Positions 17,122 through 27,261 of a DNA stretch of 39,181 bases are shown piece after piece; position 1 is the first letter of the stretch, and each line of letters opens with the position of its first letter. Both the position numbers and the translations under genes were made by a program. Under the pieces are notes generated by a model. The model ran no database searches and was not told the DNA's origin. It saw only the letters and a list, made by a program, of their open reading frames with translations. This stretch comes from Candidatus Nanohaloarchaea archaeon (GTDB taxonomy: Archaea > Nanohalarchaeota > Nanosalinia > Nanosalinales > Nanosalinaceae), in assembly GCA_041640075.1 (NCBI GenBank), contig JBEQAY010000006.1, forward strand, positions 1 through 39,181, in the 5' to 3' direction.

Positions 17122-17931
17122 ATGGACTACGATCTTGACCCCTCCACAGCCATGTACGGCATCGCAGCTTTTCTGGGAGCGATAACAGTCGTCTACTTCG
17201 GCTCATCGCTGATTTTCGATCTCTCACCAGTTACAAAATCACTGGCATTTTTCTCAGCCTTCGCAATCTTTCTTGCAGCCAGCCTGTACCTTTCAGGTAA
17301 AAACAAAATCCAGTCCATGCTTGCACTTGGCTTAACAGGAGTATCATACCTCGCATTCCTAGTATACACTCTTGGAAAGTTTGATGTTGGGACGGAAGGA
17401 ATATTTGCTTCACTGTTCCTGTCATCACTGCTTTTCGTCGCACTTGGGTACCTAGCCAACCATGGAAAACTCGAGGTCGATAGAAAACACATGAAATACC
17501 TGGTCACATCTATAATAGTTCTCGGCTCCGTTCTCATCCTTGCTGACGTGGCAGGAGCCCAGCCATCATACAGTCTGGAACTTCAGGATTCTGTAACGCT
17601 TGAACCAAGTGAAGAGGCAGTCCTGGGAACACTTACGGTTGCAAACGACTTCCTGCTTCCACGTGAGATCTCAGCGCCGTCCTTCAGCTCATGTCTGGGA
17701 TGGGAAGAACACGAACGAGGTCTCTACACAGGCGTGGATACAGATGATATCATTAATGGACTTTCAGATCAGGATTACAACCTGACCGCTAATGTGCCAT
17801 CCACAAGATTCATGAACGAATCCACAACAGTCGATATCCGGAGAACAGATGCATGCCCTGATCAGAGAGACAACGAAACACTCTACGTTTTCCAGCATGA
17901 CCAGACTGAAACCGTTGAGTACATCGACTGA
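17122..17931 (+). CDS. Uncharacterised membrane protein (about 5 TM helices plus an extracellular beta-rich domain)
   Basis: Hydrophobic N-terminal half; S/T/D-rich C-terminal half with two Cys. Confidence 0.8.
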   Translation: MDYDLDPSTAMYGIAAFLGAITVVYFGSSLIFDLSPVTKSLAFFSAFAIFLAASLYLSGKNKIQSMLALGLTGVSYLAFLVYTLGKFDVGTEGIFASLFLSSLLFVALGYLANHGKLEVDRKHMKYLVTSIIVLGSVLILADVAGAQPSYSLELQDSVTLEPSEEAVLGTLTVANDFLLPREISAPSFSSCLGWEEHERGLYTGVDTDDIINGLSDQDYNLTANVPSTRFMNESTTVDIRRTDACPDQRDNETLYVFQHDQTETVEYID

Positions 17932-17975
17932 CAGCTTCTGCGGGATTTAAATCCTGTCCTGGACAAATATCGAGT

Positions 17976-18482
17976 ATGGATGAGGTCAAAACCAAGAGAG
18001 GGAAGATAGGTTTTGGAGAGGAGAAGATACTTCTGGAGGAGAACTATCTGGACTACTTCCGCAATCTCTACCGTGAACTCTGGAAAGAAGGAGAACATCA
18101 CCACATGCTGACCCTGTTTCTGATTGTTTTTGCCTTTTCCTACAGTGCAACTATATTTGCAGCAATTCTATTTTATCTTGATATACAGCAGCTAGTGATA
18201 TTTATAGGTACTGCACTCGTGGTCTTTGGCGTAATATGGACGATTCAAAGGCTTCGCGGTTTTACTACAGATCTAAAGATAGATTACAGTGATATAAACA
18301 CTATAAAGTTTGTAAAAGGTAGAAACCTGATTACATGCCCTAGATTTGTGATTGAATATGGAGAAGAAGGCAAGCAAAAACGCAGGTACATCTCTATGCA
18401 TTCACATATGATTCCGGGAGTTGAGGACAGGATAGATGAGATAAAAGAAAACTTTGAATCCCAAGATATAGAGGTTTCCTAG
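17976..18482 (+). CDS. Hypothetical 2-TM membrane protein
   Basis: Two hydrophobic helices flanked by soluble segments; TTTAAA box about 25 nt upstream. Confidence 0.75.
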   Translation: MDEVKTKRGKIGFGEEKILLEENYLDYFRNLYRELWKEGEHHHMLTLFLIVFAFSYSATIFAAILFYLDIQQLVIFIGTALVVFGVIWTIQRLRGFTTDLKIDYSDINTIKFVKGRNLITCPRFVIEYGEEGKQKRRYISMHSHMIPGVEDRIDEIKENFESQDIEVS

Positions 18483-19000
18483 CTGCACTGCCACAAACCG
18501 GTGTTGGTTTCTCGAGCCCGAGATTCCAGTTCCTGGTATTCTTCAAGCCGCTGGAACTTGGTTTCGTACACTCTTGCGTAGCCTTCTCTAAGCAGTTCCG
18601 CTCCTAGATCTCCTGAGTCTGTTTCAACGTATCCAAGCAGCCTTCCGTAGTCTCCTCTTCTATCCGCCTGTGCATCAGTCTTCAGAATTATCTCCCTGGA
18701 AGAGGTAAAGTTCGAGGTGAACTCTGAGGCTCTTTCACCCCATTTCTGGAGGCATTCTCTGTTCTGGAGTGTGTCCTGAAGCCCGAACTCACCGGGGCTG
18801 TTGGATGCCTGTGTCTCAGGCGTGTCTACCCCAAGTAACCTTACTGTCGCGGTTATATCTCCTTTTACATCTATGGTGTCTCCGTCAACTGTCTCAGTGG
18901 TATTTAATGTATAATCTGTTTCTTCTGGAACTGTATCAGCTGTTATAACTAGAGCTGTGCAGAGTATGATCAGAGCGGCCGCGATTTCATGTCTGTTCAC
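18479..19000 (-). CDS. Secreted thermonuclease (SNase-like)
   Basis: Signal peptide; VDGDTI, VRLLGVDTPET, DYGRLLGYV, LLREGYA, GLW. Confidence 0.93.
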   Translation of the reverse strand: MNRHEIAAALIILCTALVITADTVPEETDYTLNTTETVDGDTIDVKGDITATVRLLGVDTPETQASNSPGEFGLQDTLQNRECLQKWGERASEFTSNFTSSREIILKTDAQADRRGDYGRLLGYVETDSGDLGAELLREGYARVYETKFQRLEEYQELESRARETNTGLWQCS

Positions 19001-19575
19001 TTGTATCTTCCCCGGGACTCAACTTCTTTCAACCGGTTCATGACTTTTTCTCCTTCTTCATAATCTCTGTAACCTTTCAGGAATTCTTCCCAAGCCTCGT
19101 CGGCAACGCCAGGATGTGATGAATTTAGAACCTGTTTCAGGAGATGGATATCTACGGCTTTGTCCTCTATTCTTTCCGAAACCTGGGATAGACCGAGATC
19201 GATCAGGTAAATCTTGTTTTTCCCGCTGATAAGTACGTTACTTGTGGTAAGATCGCCATGGATAACGTCCGCGGAGTGCATGTTTGCGACGTTTTTACCT
19301 AGCTCCTTTATAAGATCTGTTCTGTCCTTAATTACTTCTTTAAGTTGTTTTCCATCTATTTTTCCCTGTCTGAGGGTTGTTTCGTCAATTTGCTCTGTTT
19401 CAGGTATTTCTGTACTGTATTTCCTGGCGCGCTGGATGTTCTTCAGTTCTTCACTGGTTCTTTCCTCTCTTATCCTTCTGTCAAGCTCTGGGTGCCGGTA
19501 TCTCTTCTCTTTCCTTGTTTTGGTTACGTTTTCCTCCCCGATTTCAACTTCTGCTTCTGCTCCCTGCAGAGTCAT
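18997..19575 (-). CDS. bud32: KEOPS kinase/ATPase Bud32
   Basis: QGAEAE, K.R..KRYRHPELD, HGDLTTSN, IDLGL, EDKAVD, RGRY. Confidence 0.95.
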   Translation of the reverse strand: MTLQGAEAEVEIGEENVTKTRKEKRYRHPELDRRIREERTSEELKNIQRARKYSTEIPETEQIDETTLRQGKIDGKQLKEVIKDRTDLIKELGKNVANMHSADVIHGDLTTSNVLISGKNKIYLIDLGLSQVSERIEDKAVDIHLLKQVLNSSHPGVADEAWEEFLKGYRDYEEGEKVMNRLKEVESRGRYK

Positions 19576-19614
19576 AGAAGTTGTCTTGAGGGTAAGAGTG
19601 AAATATTCCGTACT

Positions 19615-21267
19615 TTACCCTTCCCTGCTCTGTAGGTATTTTCTGACCTCGATCATGTTCCGTCTTCGCAGGTCTTCACGGTAACGGATATTCTCCATAA
19701 GACCCTCGATGTGATCCAGCAGAAGTTCGCTGCTGAGGACTTCTGGTACGTTCACATAGATCGCTCCGTCAGCAAGGAGTTCTTCAGCCTCCTCAACATC
19801 TTCACTTCTCAGGATCTTATCTGCGTCTGTATCAAGTGACAGGATTTTTCTTGAGGTTTTCTCGAGAGGTACTGTTGAAATTATCAGGTCTGCGTCCCGA
19901 TAATCTGCTTTCTCCCAGGTGCTGTCATCCATGACGTCTCCGAAAACGTATTTTTCACCTTTCTCCTCCAGGTCTGTGATCTTCTCAGGATCGTTGTCAA
20001 TCACCAGGTAATCCACTTCCTCGTCTTCCAGTGTCTCGATGATCCTTTTCCCCTGTGTGTCGTGTCCGACAACTATAACGTGGTCCTCAAGCTCGTGTTT
20101 TGACACGCTTTCCGATACCTTCTGCGGGAAGGCAGCGATATGGTCGTAACTTGAGAGCAGGTCGTAGATCCTGTCTCCGTGCTTTGCGGTGTATGAAGAG
20201 ATCATCATGGAAAGCGTTGCAGTGATGATCACTGACTGGAAAACTGCGTCACCGATTAGGTTGGAGAGATAGGCCTGGATCGTGATTATCAACGCGAACT
20301 CGGAGACCTGGTCGATGCTGAAACCTGTCAGGTATGCAGTCCTCTTGTTCTGACCCAGAGCCACGAGAGATGTGATAACCGCGAAAGGCTTCACCAGAAC
20401 CGTCAGCAAAAGCATGACTCCGGAAAGAATCAGGACACGTGGTGAAGGTATAGTCAGCAGGGCGCCGAGGGAAACAAAGAATATGGCGGAGAAGAAATCC
20501 TTCAGAGAACCTGTCGTGTCGAGGATCTCCATGTTATGCGGGTACTTGGAAACAGCCAGACCTGCCGCAAAGCTTCCGATCGCCAGGGAGATATGGAGGT
20601 ACTCGGTCAAGCTCAGGAAGCCGATTAAAACAGTTATAGAAACCAGCATCAGAAGTTCACGCGAGTTCTCGGTAAGCCTGGCCACGTAGTCAAGCAGGTA
20701 CTTCCTGAAAAGCAGGGCGGCGACCAGAAGGCCGAAACCGTGTGCAAGACTGAGTGAGACAGCTTCCAGAGTGTAACTGGATGCACCAAGAATCATAAGG
20801 AAGATTACAGCTATCAAGTCCTGGCTTAAGTGCAGAGATTCAGCCAGACGCCCGTGAGCAAGCCTTAAATCCACCTCTTTCTCCAGTAGATCTAGGCCTA
20901 CTAATGTCGAGCTTAAAGCAGTTGCGAGCACAAAAATCAGGGATTCAAAGCCAGTTAATCCAAGCAGAAAAGATAATCCAAGTGACAGTGCTGAAACAGA
21001 TGTGATCTGGATGGCAGCTGTCTTCAAACCATCCCCTGCCACGGTTTCAAGTCTTTCAGGATCCATTTTAACTCCAAATATGAATACAAGGAAGGATAAT
21101 CCGATCTGCGTGAAGTTTATCATCTCGTCTGCCGGGAAGAAGTTTCCAACGATTACTCCTGCAACAATGTACGCAGGTAGGGCAGGATGTGAGAATCTGT
21201 CAAACAGGAACAGGATTACTGAGGACGCCACGAAAACCATCGTCAATACATTGATCAGCTCTGAGAT
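19615..21267 (-). CDS. Kef-type CPA2 cation:proton antiporter with C-terminal TrkA-N (RCK) domain, copy 3; start uncertain (ATC 21267, TTG 21246 or ATG 21240)
   Basis: SST, QD, QVSEF motifs; HVIVVG RCK domain. Confidence 0.9.
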   Translation of the reverse strand: MSELINVLTMVFVASSVILFLFDRFSHPALPAYIVAGVIVGNFFPADEMINFTQIGLSFLVFIFGVKMDPERLETVAGDGLKTAAIQITSVSALSLGLSFLLGLTGFESLIFVLATALSSTLVGLDLLEKEVDLRLAHGRLAESLHLSQDLIAVIFLMILGASSYTLEAVSLSLAHGFGLLVAALLFRKYLLDYVARLTENSRELLMLVSITVLIGFLSLTEYLHISLAIGSFAAGLAVSKYPHNMEILDTTGSLKDFFSAIFFVSLGALLTIPSPRVLILSGVMLLLTVLVKPFAVITSLVALGQNKRTAYLTGFSIDQVSEFALIITIQAYLSNLIGDAVFQSVIITATLSMMISSYTAKHGDRIYDLLSSYDHIAAFPQKVSESVSKHELEDHVIVVGHDTQGKRIIETLEDEEVDYLVIDNDPEKITDLEEKGEKYVFGDVMDDSTWEKADYRDADLIISTVPLEKTSRKILSLDTDADKILRSEDVEEAEELLADGAIYVNVPEVLSSELLLDHIEGLMENIRYREDLRRRNMIEVRKYLQSREG

Positions 21268-22940
21268 CCTTCATCACCTCTGATGTTGTTCAGTTCTGAT
21301 TCCACTTCCTTAATGAAAAGATCTTCATCTTCCAGGTATAGTTCGAGGTATTCTCCAATTCTGTTTCCAGCCAAGACGTTTTCAAGTATCACGTAGTCTG
21401 CTCCAAGATCGTAGAACTCTGTTGCTTCCTCCAGTGACTGTGCTGTAACTATCTGCACAGGTTCTTCAAGTTCTTCTTCCAGTAGTTTGAGGTTGATGTT
21501 TCTTTCATCTGAGAAGCAGATCACGAACTTTGCATCTTCCAGATTTGATCCTTCTCTTATTTCTCCGTGCTTGAAGTCTCCATAGATATATTCGTATGGT
21601 GATTCTGCCAGTACCTGTGTGTTTTCGGGGTTTTTATCTATCACAAGTATATCGTGTTCTCTGTGAAGTTTTTCGCAGATTTTCTCTGCTACCTCGTCGT
21701 ATCCGATGATTACTGCGTGATCTTCAAGCCGGTTAATCTCAATATCTTTCTTTTCCTCTGATTCCAGCCACGCAAGCAGGTGTTCAATTTTTTGGTAAAT
21801 CTCCTTGTTATAGTTAATCAGGTAAGTTGAGACACCTATCGTCAGCAGCGCCATTACACTGATGTATCCGAGTATGTCGTTCCCAATGTAACCTTGTTGA
21901 ACCGCTAATGCTCCGACTACGAGAGAGAACTCACTGACCTGTGTCATGTTTATGCTTCCGATGAAAGATGTACGCGGAGTGAACTTCATCCTATCAATAA
22001 GATAAAACATGATCAAGAAGTTCCCAATCATCATAACTCCTGACGCTATGACAGCTTCAACCCAGTAAGCTTGCAGGTTATCAACTGAAAGCGTCAAACC
22101 TAGTGTGGAGAAGAAGATGACCATGAAGAAATCTGTTAAGGGCCTGATACGTTCCTTTAACTCCTCTCTATAAGGTATCTGTCCGAGACCTAGTCCTGCT
22201 AGGAAAGCACCGACCTCAACTGAGAGACCAAGATACTCAGCTAGTGAGATAAAAAGAAATGCCCACGCAATACCATGAACAAAAAATGCGTGTTTGTTGT
22301 CAGCGATTCTCCTGAACACGTCATCGAGAATATAACGGGATGAAAGTAGAGATAAAACTGCAATAAGACCAATAAGACCGATTATTTTGACAAGCGTTCC
22401 AAGAATCTGATCTGGCTGTGTTAAAGTACCTGAATTAATCAGTGCCACTATCAAGATGAGATAGATATCCTGCAGAACCAGCACCCCAACATCCAGCTTT
22501 CCAGGCAGACTCTGAAGCTCATCCTTTTCGGTTAAAATCTTTACGATAACTGGTGTGGCGCCGAAAACCGTACATAAAGCGATTATAGTTGTTTCAAAAA
22601 GTCCAAAGCCAAGCGCATAAGGTACGACAAATGCGAGGCCAGTCTGTAAAATTGTCTGTCCAACAGCTATTATCGAGATAGGTTTCAGGATTTCTTTGAT
22701 TTCCTCTAAATTCATCTCGATGCCGACTAAGAACAGCAAGAATCCCAGACCAAGTTCAGACATCAGAGTTAAGGTAGCAGTCTCTCCTACTATATCAAGG
22801 AGTGCAGGACCTAGTACAAGGCCTGTCACCAGATAAGCGAGCAGTACAGGTTGTTTCAGTTTCCGGGCAATAGTGGCTAAAATGGTGGCTGTTACCACTA
22901 CAAGCATCAGCTGGAAAGGTAAAGCGCTGTCGATTATCAT
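21255..22940 (-). CDS. Kef-type CPA2 antiporter with TrkA-N domain, copy 2
   Basis: LLFLVGIE, LQD, GAFLAG, QVSEFS, HAVIIGY, GADYVI. Confidence 0.93.
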   Translation of the reverse strand: MIIDSALPFQLMLVVVTATILATIARKLKQPVLLAYLVTGLVLGPALLDIVGETATLTLMSELGLGFLLFLVGIEMNLEEIKEILKPISIIAVGQTILQTGLAFVVPYALGFGLFETTIIALCTVFGATPVIVKILTEKDELQSLPGKLDVGVLVLQDIYLILIVALINSGTLTQPDQILGTLVKIIGLIGLIAVLSLLSSRYILDDVFRRIADNKHAFFVHGIAWAFLFISLAEYLGLSVEVGAFLAGLGLGQIPYREELKERIRPLTDFFMVIFFSTLGLTLSVDNLQAYWVEAVIASGVMMIGNFLIMFYLIDRMKFTPRTSFIGSINMTQVSEFSLVVGALAVQQGYIGNDILGYISVMALLTIGVSTYLINYNKEIYQKIEHLLAWLESEEKKDIEINRLEDHAVIIGYDEVAEKICEKLHREHDILVIDKNPENTQVLAESPYEYIYGDFKHGEIREGSNLEDAKFVICFSDERNINLKLLEEELEEPVQIVTAQSLEEATEFYDLGADYVILENVLAGNRIGEYLELYLEDEDLFIKEVESELNNIRGDEGSQS

Positions 22941-24631
22941 GCCTGATCGCTATCTTCTTCAATTTCTTTTGAAGCTTTACCTTTGATTTTCTCTAATTCT
23001 TCCTCTGTCTCCTCTAAAAATAGATCTCGATCCTCGAGATATACTTCCAAGTATTCTCCAATTCTGTTACCGGCTAAAATATTCTCAAGGATTACATAAT
23101 CTGCTCCGAGATCATACATTTCAGATGCATCATCAAAGTTTTTGGCTGTAGTAATAACTACTGTGTCATCTTCTCTTTCTTCAAGTATTACAGTATTTAC
23201 TTCTTTTTCATCGGAAAAACTAATTACAAATTCTGCTTTCTCTAGGTTTGCACCCTTTCGGATCTCTCCGTGCTTGAAATCGCCATAGACATATCTATAA
23301 CTTGATTTGGCAAGTTCCTCAGTGTTATCAGGGTCATTATCTATAACAAGTACCTCATACTCTTCAGAAAGCTTCTTACAGATATTTTTGGCTATCTCAT
23401 CATATCCGACCACGACAACGTGTTTCTTGAGCTTCTCTACAGTGAGATCTTCCTTCTCCTCGGAGTCGAAGAATAAAAGAACAGGTGCGAAAAGTTCCTG
23501 TAACTTGTCTCTGTATCTTATAAGATATGCTGAGGAACCCATAGTAAGGATTGCTATCATACTGATGAATCCCGAGATACTTGAGTCAATATAACCTTCA
23601 GTAATTGCTAAACTCGTTAGTATAAGTCCAAACTCACTGATCTGCCCCATATTGACTGAAGCTTTGAAGCTCGTTTCTGGAGTGAACTTGAACCTGTCAA
23701 TAGTGAGGAAAAATATCAGGAACTTTGCTATAACTAGGAGAAATGAAGCAATAATTGCAGGAACAAAATACTGTTGTAGTGAACTCCCAGTAATGCTTAT
23801 ACCGAAGTTCATGAAGAAGATGGCCATGAAAAGGTCTGTTAAAGGTCTAACATTTTCCTGTAACTCCCTACTGTACGGTACCTGTGCCAGTCCGATACCT
23901 GAGAGAAATGCTCCTATCTCAAGAGATAAATTAACATAATCTGCCAACGTGATAAAAAGAAATGCCCATGCAACACCGTGTGTAAAGAAAGCTAGGCTGT
24001 TACCTGAGATTTTCTTCAATATCTCGGAGAAAACATACTTTGAGGATGCCAGTGAAAGAATTCCGACTACTGTTATCATCAGGAATATCTCAAGCAGCTT
24101 CAGGGCCGCCTGCACAGGGGTTGAGAAATTTACTGTAAGAAGAGCCAGTATAATAACAACAGCCACATCCTGTACCAGTAAAACGCCTACGTCAAGTCTT
24201 CCTGGTAATGTTGTGGCTTCATCTCGCTCAGTAAGGATTTTAACGACAAGCGCTGTGGAGCTAAACATAACTGCTGCACCAATAACTATGGCTGTAATTC
24301 CAGTGAATCCAAGACCAAATGCTATCCCAGCACCGGCTATAAACGTTAAAATCATCTGGATAACAGCAATTCCTATAGTTGAACCTAAGACCTCCCGTAT
24401 CTCACTGATATCGATCTCTAGACCGATCAAAAATAGAAGAAAAACTAGTCCAAGTTCCGAGAAAAGACTAAGCATCTCTCCTCCACCTACAAGATTGAAA
24501 CCTACAGGACCTAGAAGGAGACCTGCCACGATGTAGGCGATAACTTTAGGCTGACCAGTCTTCTGAGCTAATATTCCCAGAACTGTCGCAGCACCTATCA
24601 AAAGAGCCACGGATTCAAAGCCGGTCGCCAT
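22937..24631 (-). CDS. Kef-type CPA2 antiporter with TrkA-N domain, copy 1
   Basis: LLFLIGLE, SSTA, VQD, QISEFG, HVVVVGY, GADYVI. Confidence 0.93.
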   Translation of the reverse strand: MATGFESVALLIGAATVLGILAQKTGQPKVIAYIVAGLLLGPVGFNLVGGGEMLSLFSELGLVFLLFLIGLEIDISEIREVLGSTIGIAVIQMILTFIAGAGIAFGLGFTGITAIVIGAAVMFSSTALVVKILTERDEATTLPGRLDVGVLLVQDVAVVIILALLTVNFSTPVQAALKLLEIFLMITVVGILSLASSKYVFSEILKKISGNSLAFFTHGVAWAFLFITLADYVNLSLEIGAFLSGIGLAQVPYSRELQENVRPLTDLFMAIFFMNFGISITGSSLQQYFVPAIIASFLLVIAKFLIFFLTIDRFKFTPETSFKASVNMGQISEFGLILTSLAITEGYIDSSISGFISMIAILTMGSSAYLIRYRDKLQELFAPVLLFFDSEEKEDLTVEKLKKHVVVVGYDEIAKNICKKLSEEYEVLVIDNDPDNTEELAKSSYRYVYGDFKHGEIRKGANLEKAEFVISFSDEKEVNTVILEEREDDTVVITTAKNFDDASEMYDLGADYVILENILAGNRIGEYLEVYLEDRDLFLEETEEELEKIKGKASKEIEEDSDQA

Positions 24632-24633
24632 CT

Positions 24634-25221
24634 CTACAGTACTTTTTCTAACTCGTGCTTCTTAATAGGTCCCTCTCGGTGTACGACTACCTCGCCTGAA
24701 TCGACTTCAACGATCGTGGAGGTCGATGAGGGATCCAGCTCTCCGGCGTCAATCACGTAATCAACTTCTTCAAGAAGTTGCTCTGAGATATCTTCGACCG
24801 AGTAAGAAGTTTTTTTACCGGAAATATTTGCACTTGTGGCAGTGATAGGGCCTTCTGAAGCAAGTTCGGAAGAAACCTTTGAAGGAGAGATCCTGAAAGC
24901 AAAATCTTCGTTCAGGTTTTCAGGGACCTTTTTCTTCTTTTCAGCTACAAGTGTCAGAGGGCCTGGCATGAACTCCTCCCCGATTTTCCTCTCTTTTTCA
25001 TCCAGGTTAGCGTACTCCTTTGAGGTTTCAAGGGAGTCAACTATGGCGGTTAAACCCTTACTTTTCGGCCTTTCCTTGGCCTGATAGACTTTTTCTACAG
25101 CTTCAGGATCTCTTGCGTCAGCTGCAATACCGTACGCAGTCTCAGTAGGGAAAATAACTATTCCACCGTCTTCGATCACTTTTTTGGCTTCTTCAACCTG
25201 TTTTTCTACTTTTTCTTCCAT
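24634..25221 (-). CDS. tsaC: Threonylcarbamoyl-AMP synthase (YrdC/TsaC type, no SUA5 domain)
   Basis: FPTETAYG, K.RP..K, PGPLT, TSANISG, STIV. Confidence 0.93.
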   Translation of the reverse strand: MEEKVEKQVEEAKKVIEDGGIVIFPTETAYGIAADARDPEAVEKVYQAKERPKSKGLTAIVDSLETSKEYANLDEKERKIGEEFMPGPLTLVAEKKKKVPENLNEDFAFRISPSKVSSELASEGPITATSANISGKKTSYSVEDISEQLLEEVDYVIDAGELDPSSTSTIVEVDSGEVVVHREGPIKKHELEKVL

Positions 25222-26186
25222 ACTGCTTCCACCTCGTCAGGTCTCCAGCTTGGACGTGGTTCTGAGTCTTTTAAAATGGTTTCTTTTCCTGCCTTGAGTT
25301 CAAGCATTCCCTGATGGGCGATCATGACGCCGTTGTCCATGCAGTACTCTGCCGGTGGGAAGTAAGCTTTAGCTCCACGCTGTTCACACATTTCCTCCAC
25401 CATTTCCCTGAGACGAGAATTCATGGCGACTCCTCCAGTTAGAAGAGCTTCTTTAGATCCTTCCTGAGCCATTGCCCTCTCCAGCGCTTCTACTGTTGCT
25501 GCGTAAGCGTGTTCCTGGAAGGAGTTGGCCAGTACCTCATCTGATACATCCCCAATTTTTCTCTCAGCTTCTGTTGTTAGACCTGAAAAAGAGAAATCCA
25601 TGCCTTTGATGGGATAGGAGAGTTCGATTATCTCATCAGTTTCTTCCGCAAGTTTCTCGATCTCCGGTCCGCCTGGATGTGGATAGCCCAGTTTACGGGC
25701 GAACTTGTCCAGTGCGTTTCCAAGCGCGATATCCAGTGTTTCCCCTATTATCCGGTATCTACCTTTTCTGAAATCAAGTATCTGTGAGTTTCCACCTGAA
25801 AGGTATAGTGTAGTTGGGTTTTCCACCTCCGTAGTCCGGACGCCGATGGAGATATGCGCCAGGCAGTGATTCACACCGATCAAAGGAATGTTGTACCGTT
25901 CTGAGAGGCTCCGGGCTGCCACTGCACCCACGTCAAGACATGGAGGGATACCAGGGCCCTGGGAAAAAGCGATACCGTCCAGATCCCCATACTCAAGACC
26001 AGCTTCTTGCAAAGCGTTATTCAGTAACTCCAGAGCATGTTGGTAATGATGTTCAGCAGCCTCACGCGGATGAATACCACCCTCCTCAGGCTCAAACATG
26101 TCCTTCTGGTTTGCCAGAACCTCTTCTTCATCTACGATGCCAACGCCGAAGGTGTGCGCTGTTGATTCTATTCCAAGGATTTTCAC
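25206..26186 (-). CDS. kae1: tRNA t6A threonylcarbamoyltransferase Kae1
   Basis: GIESTAHT, GGIHPREAA, NHCLAH, SGGNSQ, DNGVMIA, R.DEV. GTG start. Confidence 0.96.
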   Translation of the reverse strand: MKILGIESTAHTFGVGIVDEEEVLANQKDMFEPEEGGIHPREAAEHHYQHALELLNNALQEAGLEYGDLDGIAFSQGPGIPPCLDVGAVAARSLSERYNIPLIGVNHCLAHISIGVRTTEVENPTTLYLSGGNSQILDFRKGRYRIIGETLDIALGNALDKFARKLGYPHPGGPEIEKLAEETDEIIELSYPIKGMDFSFSGLTTEAERKIGDVSDEVLANSFQEHAYAATVEALERAMAQEGSKEALLTGGVAMNSRLREMVEEMCEQRGAKAYFPPAEYCMDNGVMIAHQGMLELKAGKETILKDSEPRPSWRPDEVEAVWKKK

Positions 26187-26270
26187 GAAAGATTTACTCG
26201 GCCGTGAGTTAAATAAAACTAGTTCGTTCGTTACCTTAGAGTTATAAAAATTCTGGAATGTTTTCTGTTC

Positions 26271-26729
26271 ATGGATTTTGTTGAAGATGATATTCAGGAT
26301 GTCGCAAGAGGACTTCCAGAGATGATGAAGGAAGTTGATACAGGTTATGATTTCTCAGAGAGAAACTTCAGCTACGAGACAGGTCCGGAAAATGAGGAAA
26401 ACGTTGGAGCAATATCAAAGTACACAGTAAAGGTTCCAGAAGAAGATATACCTCATCCACGTGAAGACCTGGAAAGAGTTTTCGGAGCCAATGTAACTCT
26501 ACAGGTCTGGGAGGATCTCTCTGATCTTGATATGGATGGGGAGGTAGGTAGAAAAGTACAGCTTTACACAGGCGCCTCAAGAACTACACCAAGAGATTAC
26601 AGACAGCAGGAAAGCCAGAAACTACATGAACTGCTGACGGAAGATATAGACCAGGTAATGACACCTGAACCAGACAGATCTGAACATATTGACGCGAATG
26701 GCTCAGAAGTCTACGAATGGCTTGAATAA
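26271..26729 (+). CDS. Hypothetical acidic protein
   Basis: Acidic ORF with a TTATAAAA box about 20 nt upstream; no motif recognised. Confidence 0.75.
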   Translation: MDFVEDDIQDVARGLPEMMKEVDTGYDFSERNFSYETGPENEENVGAISKYTVKVPEEDIPHPREDLERVFGANVTLQVWEDLSDLDMDGEVGRKVQLYTGASRTTPRDYRQQESQKLHELLTEDIDQVMTPEPDRSEHIDANGSEVYEWLE

Positions 26730-26812
26730 CAAAGATGTACTCCTATTTTTCCTTTTAGGCCGTGTAGTACGGTATTCGCAAAATTTCAACTGGTGTTCTG
26801 GGCTAGAGAGTC

Positions 26813-27196
26813 TTAAACTGATTTCCAATTGCACTTGGTGTATCTTTTTTCTTCTAGACAGATATCCTCCTCTGGTCTGTACGTTTCTGGGTTCTCACCA
26901 GTTTGCTCGAAACTGAAGTTCTGCATCACCGGTGGCTTGTCAGGAAAATCTTCTGGGGGACATCCCGAAGCATCCGGATGCGTGCTGCAGTAAGTTTCTC
27001 TGTGAGTAACGTATTCATATCTATCGGTGCCGCCACTTGCAAAGTGAACCTCGAAGACAGAACCTTGCATCAGGTTCGTGGTTCTGTCCTTTTCAACTAC
27101 TTTGACCACCTCCGAGTCAGGCTGTGAAAAACCGAGGGCTGAGAAAACTACCAGTGCAACCGCTGAAACCAGGATAACTGAATGAAAACTGTCCAT
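26813..27196 (-). CDS. Hypothetical secreted/membrane-anchored protein with four Cys
   Basis: ATG at 27196 gives MDSFHSVILVSAVALVVFSALG (signal/anchor); Cys pairs YC..GC and IC..KC. Confidence 0.7.
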   Translation of the reverse strand: MDSFHSVILVSAVALVVFSALGFSQPDSEVVKVVEKDRTTNLMQGSVFEVHFASGGTDRYEYVTHRETYCSTHPDASGCPPEDFPDKPPVMQNFSFEQTGENPETYRPEEDICLEEKRYTKCNWKSV

Positions 27197-27223
27197 ATTT
27201 TTTCTGATACAAAACAGAAGATT

Positions 27224-27257
27224 AAAAACGTGGAGGATATGTTCGACTTGCGTCGAA
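27224..27257 (-). terminator. GCAA-tetraloop hairpin plus U-tract after rps27ae
   Basis: TTCGAC-GCAA-GTCGAA followed by CATATCCTCCACGTTTTT. Confidence 0.5.
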
Positions 27258-27261
27258 TCTT

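Noticed and set aside
26730..26812. Possible small RNA (CCGT-ACTAC-ACGG hairpin) between convergent genes
   Set aside because: Only 4-bp stems and no C/D or H/ACA boxes; compatible with an ordinary terminator region.
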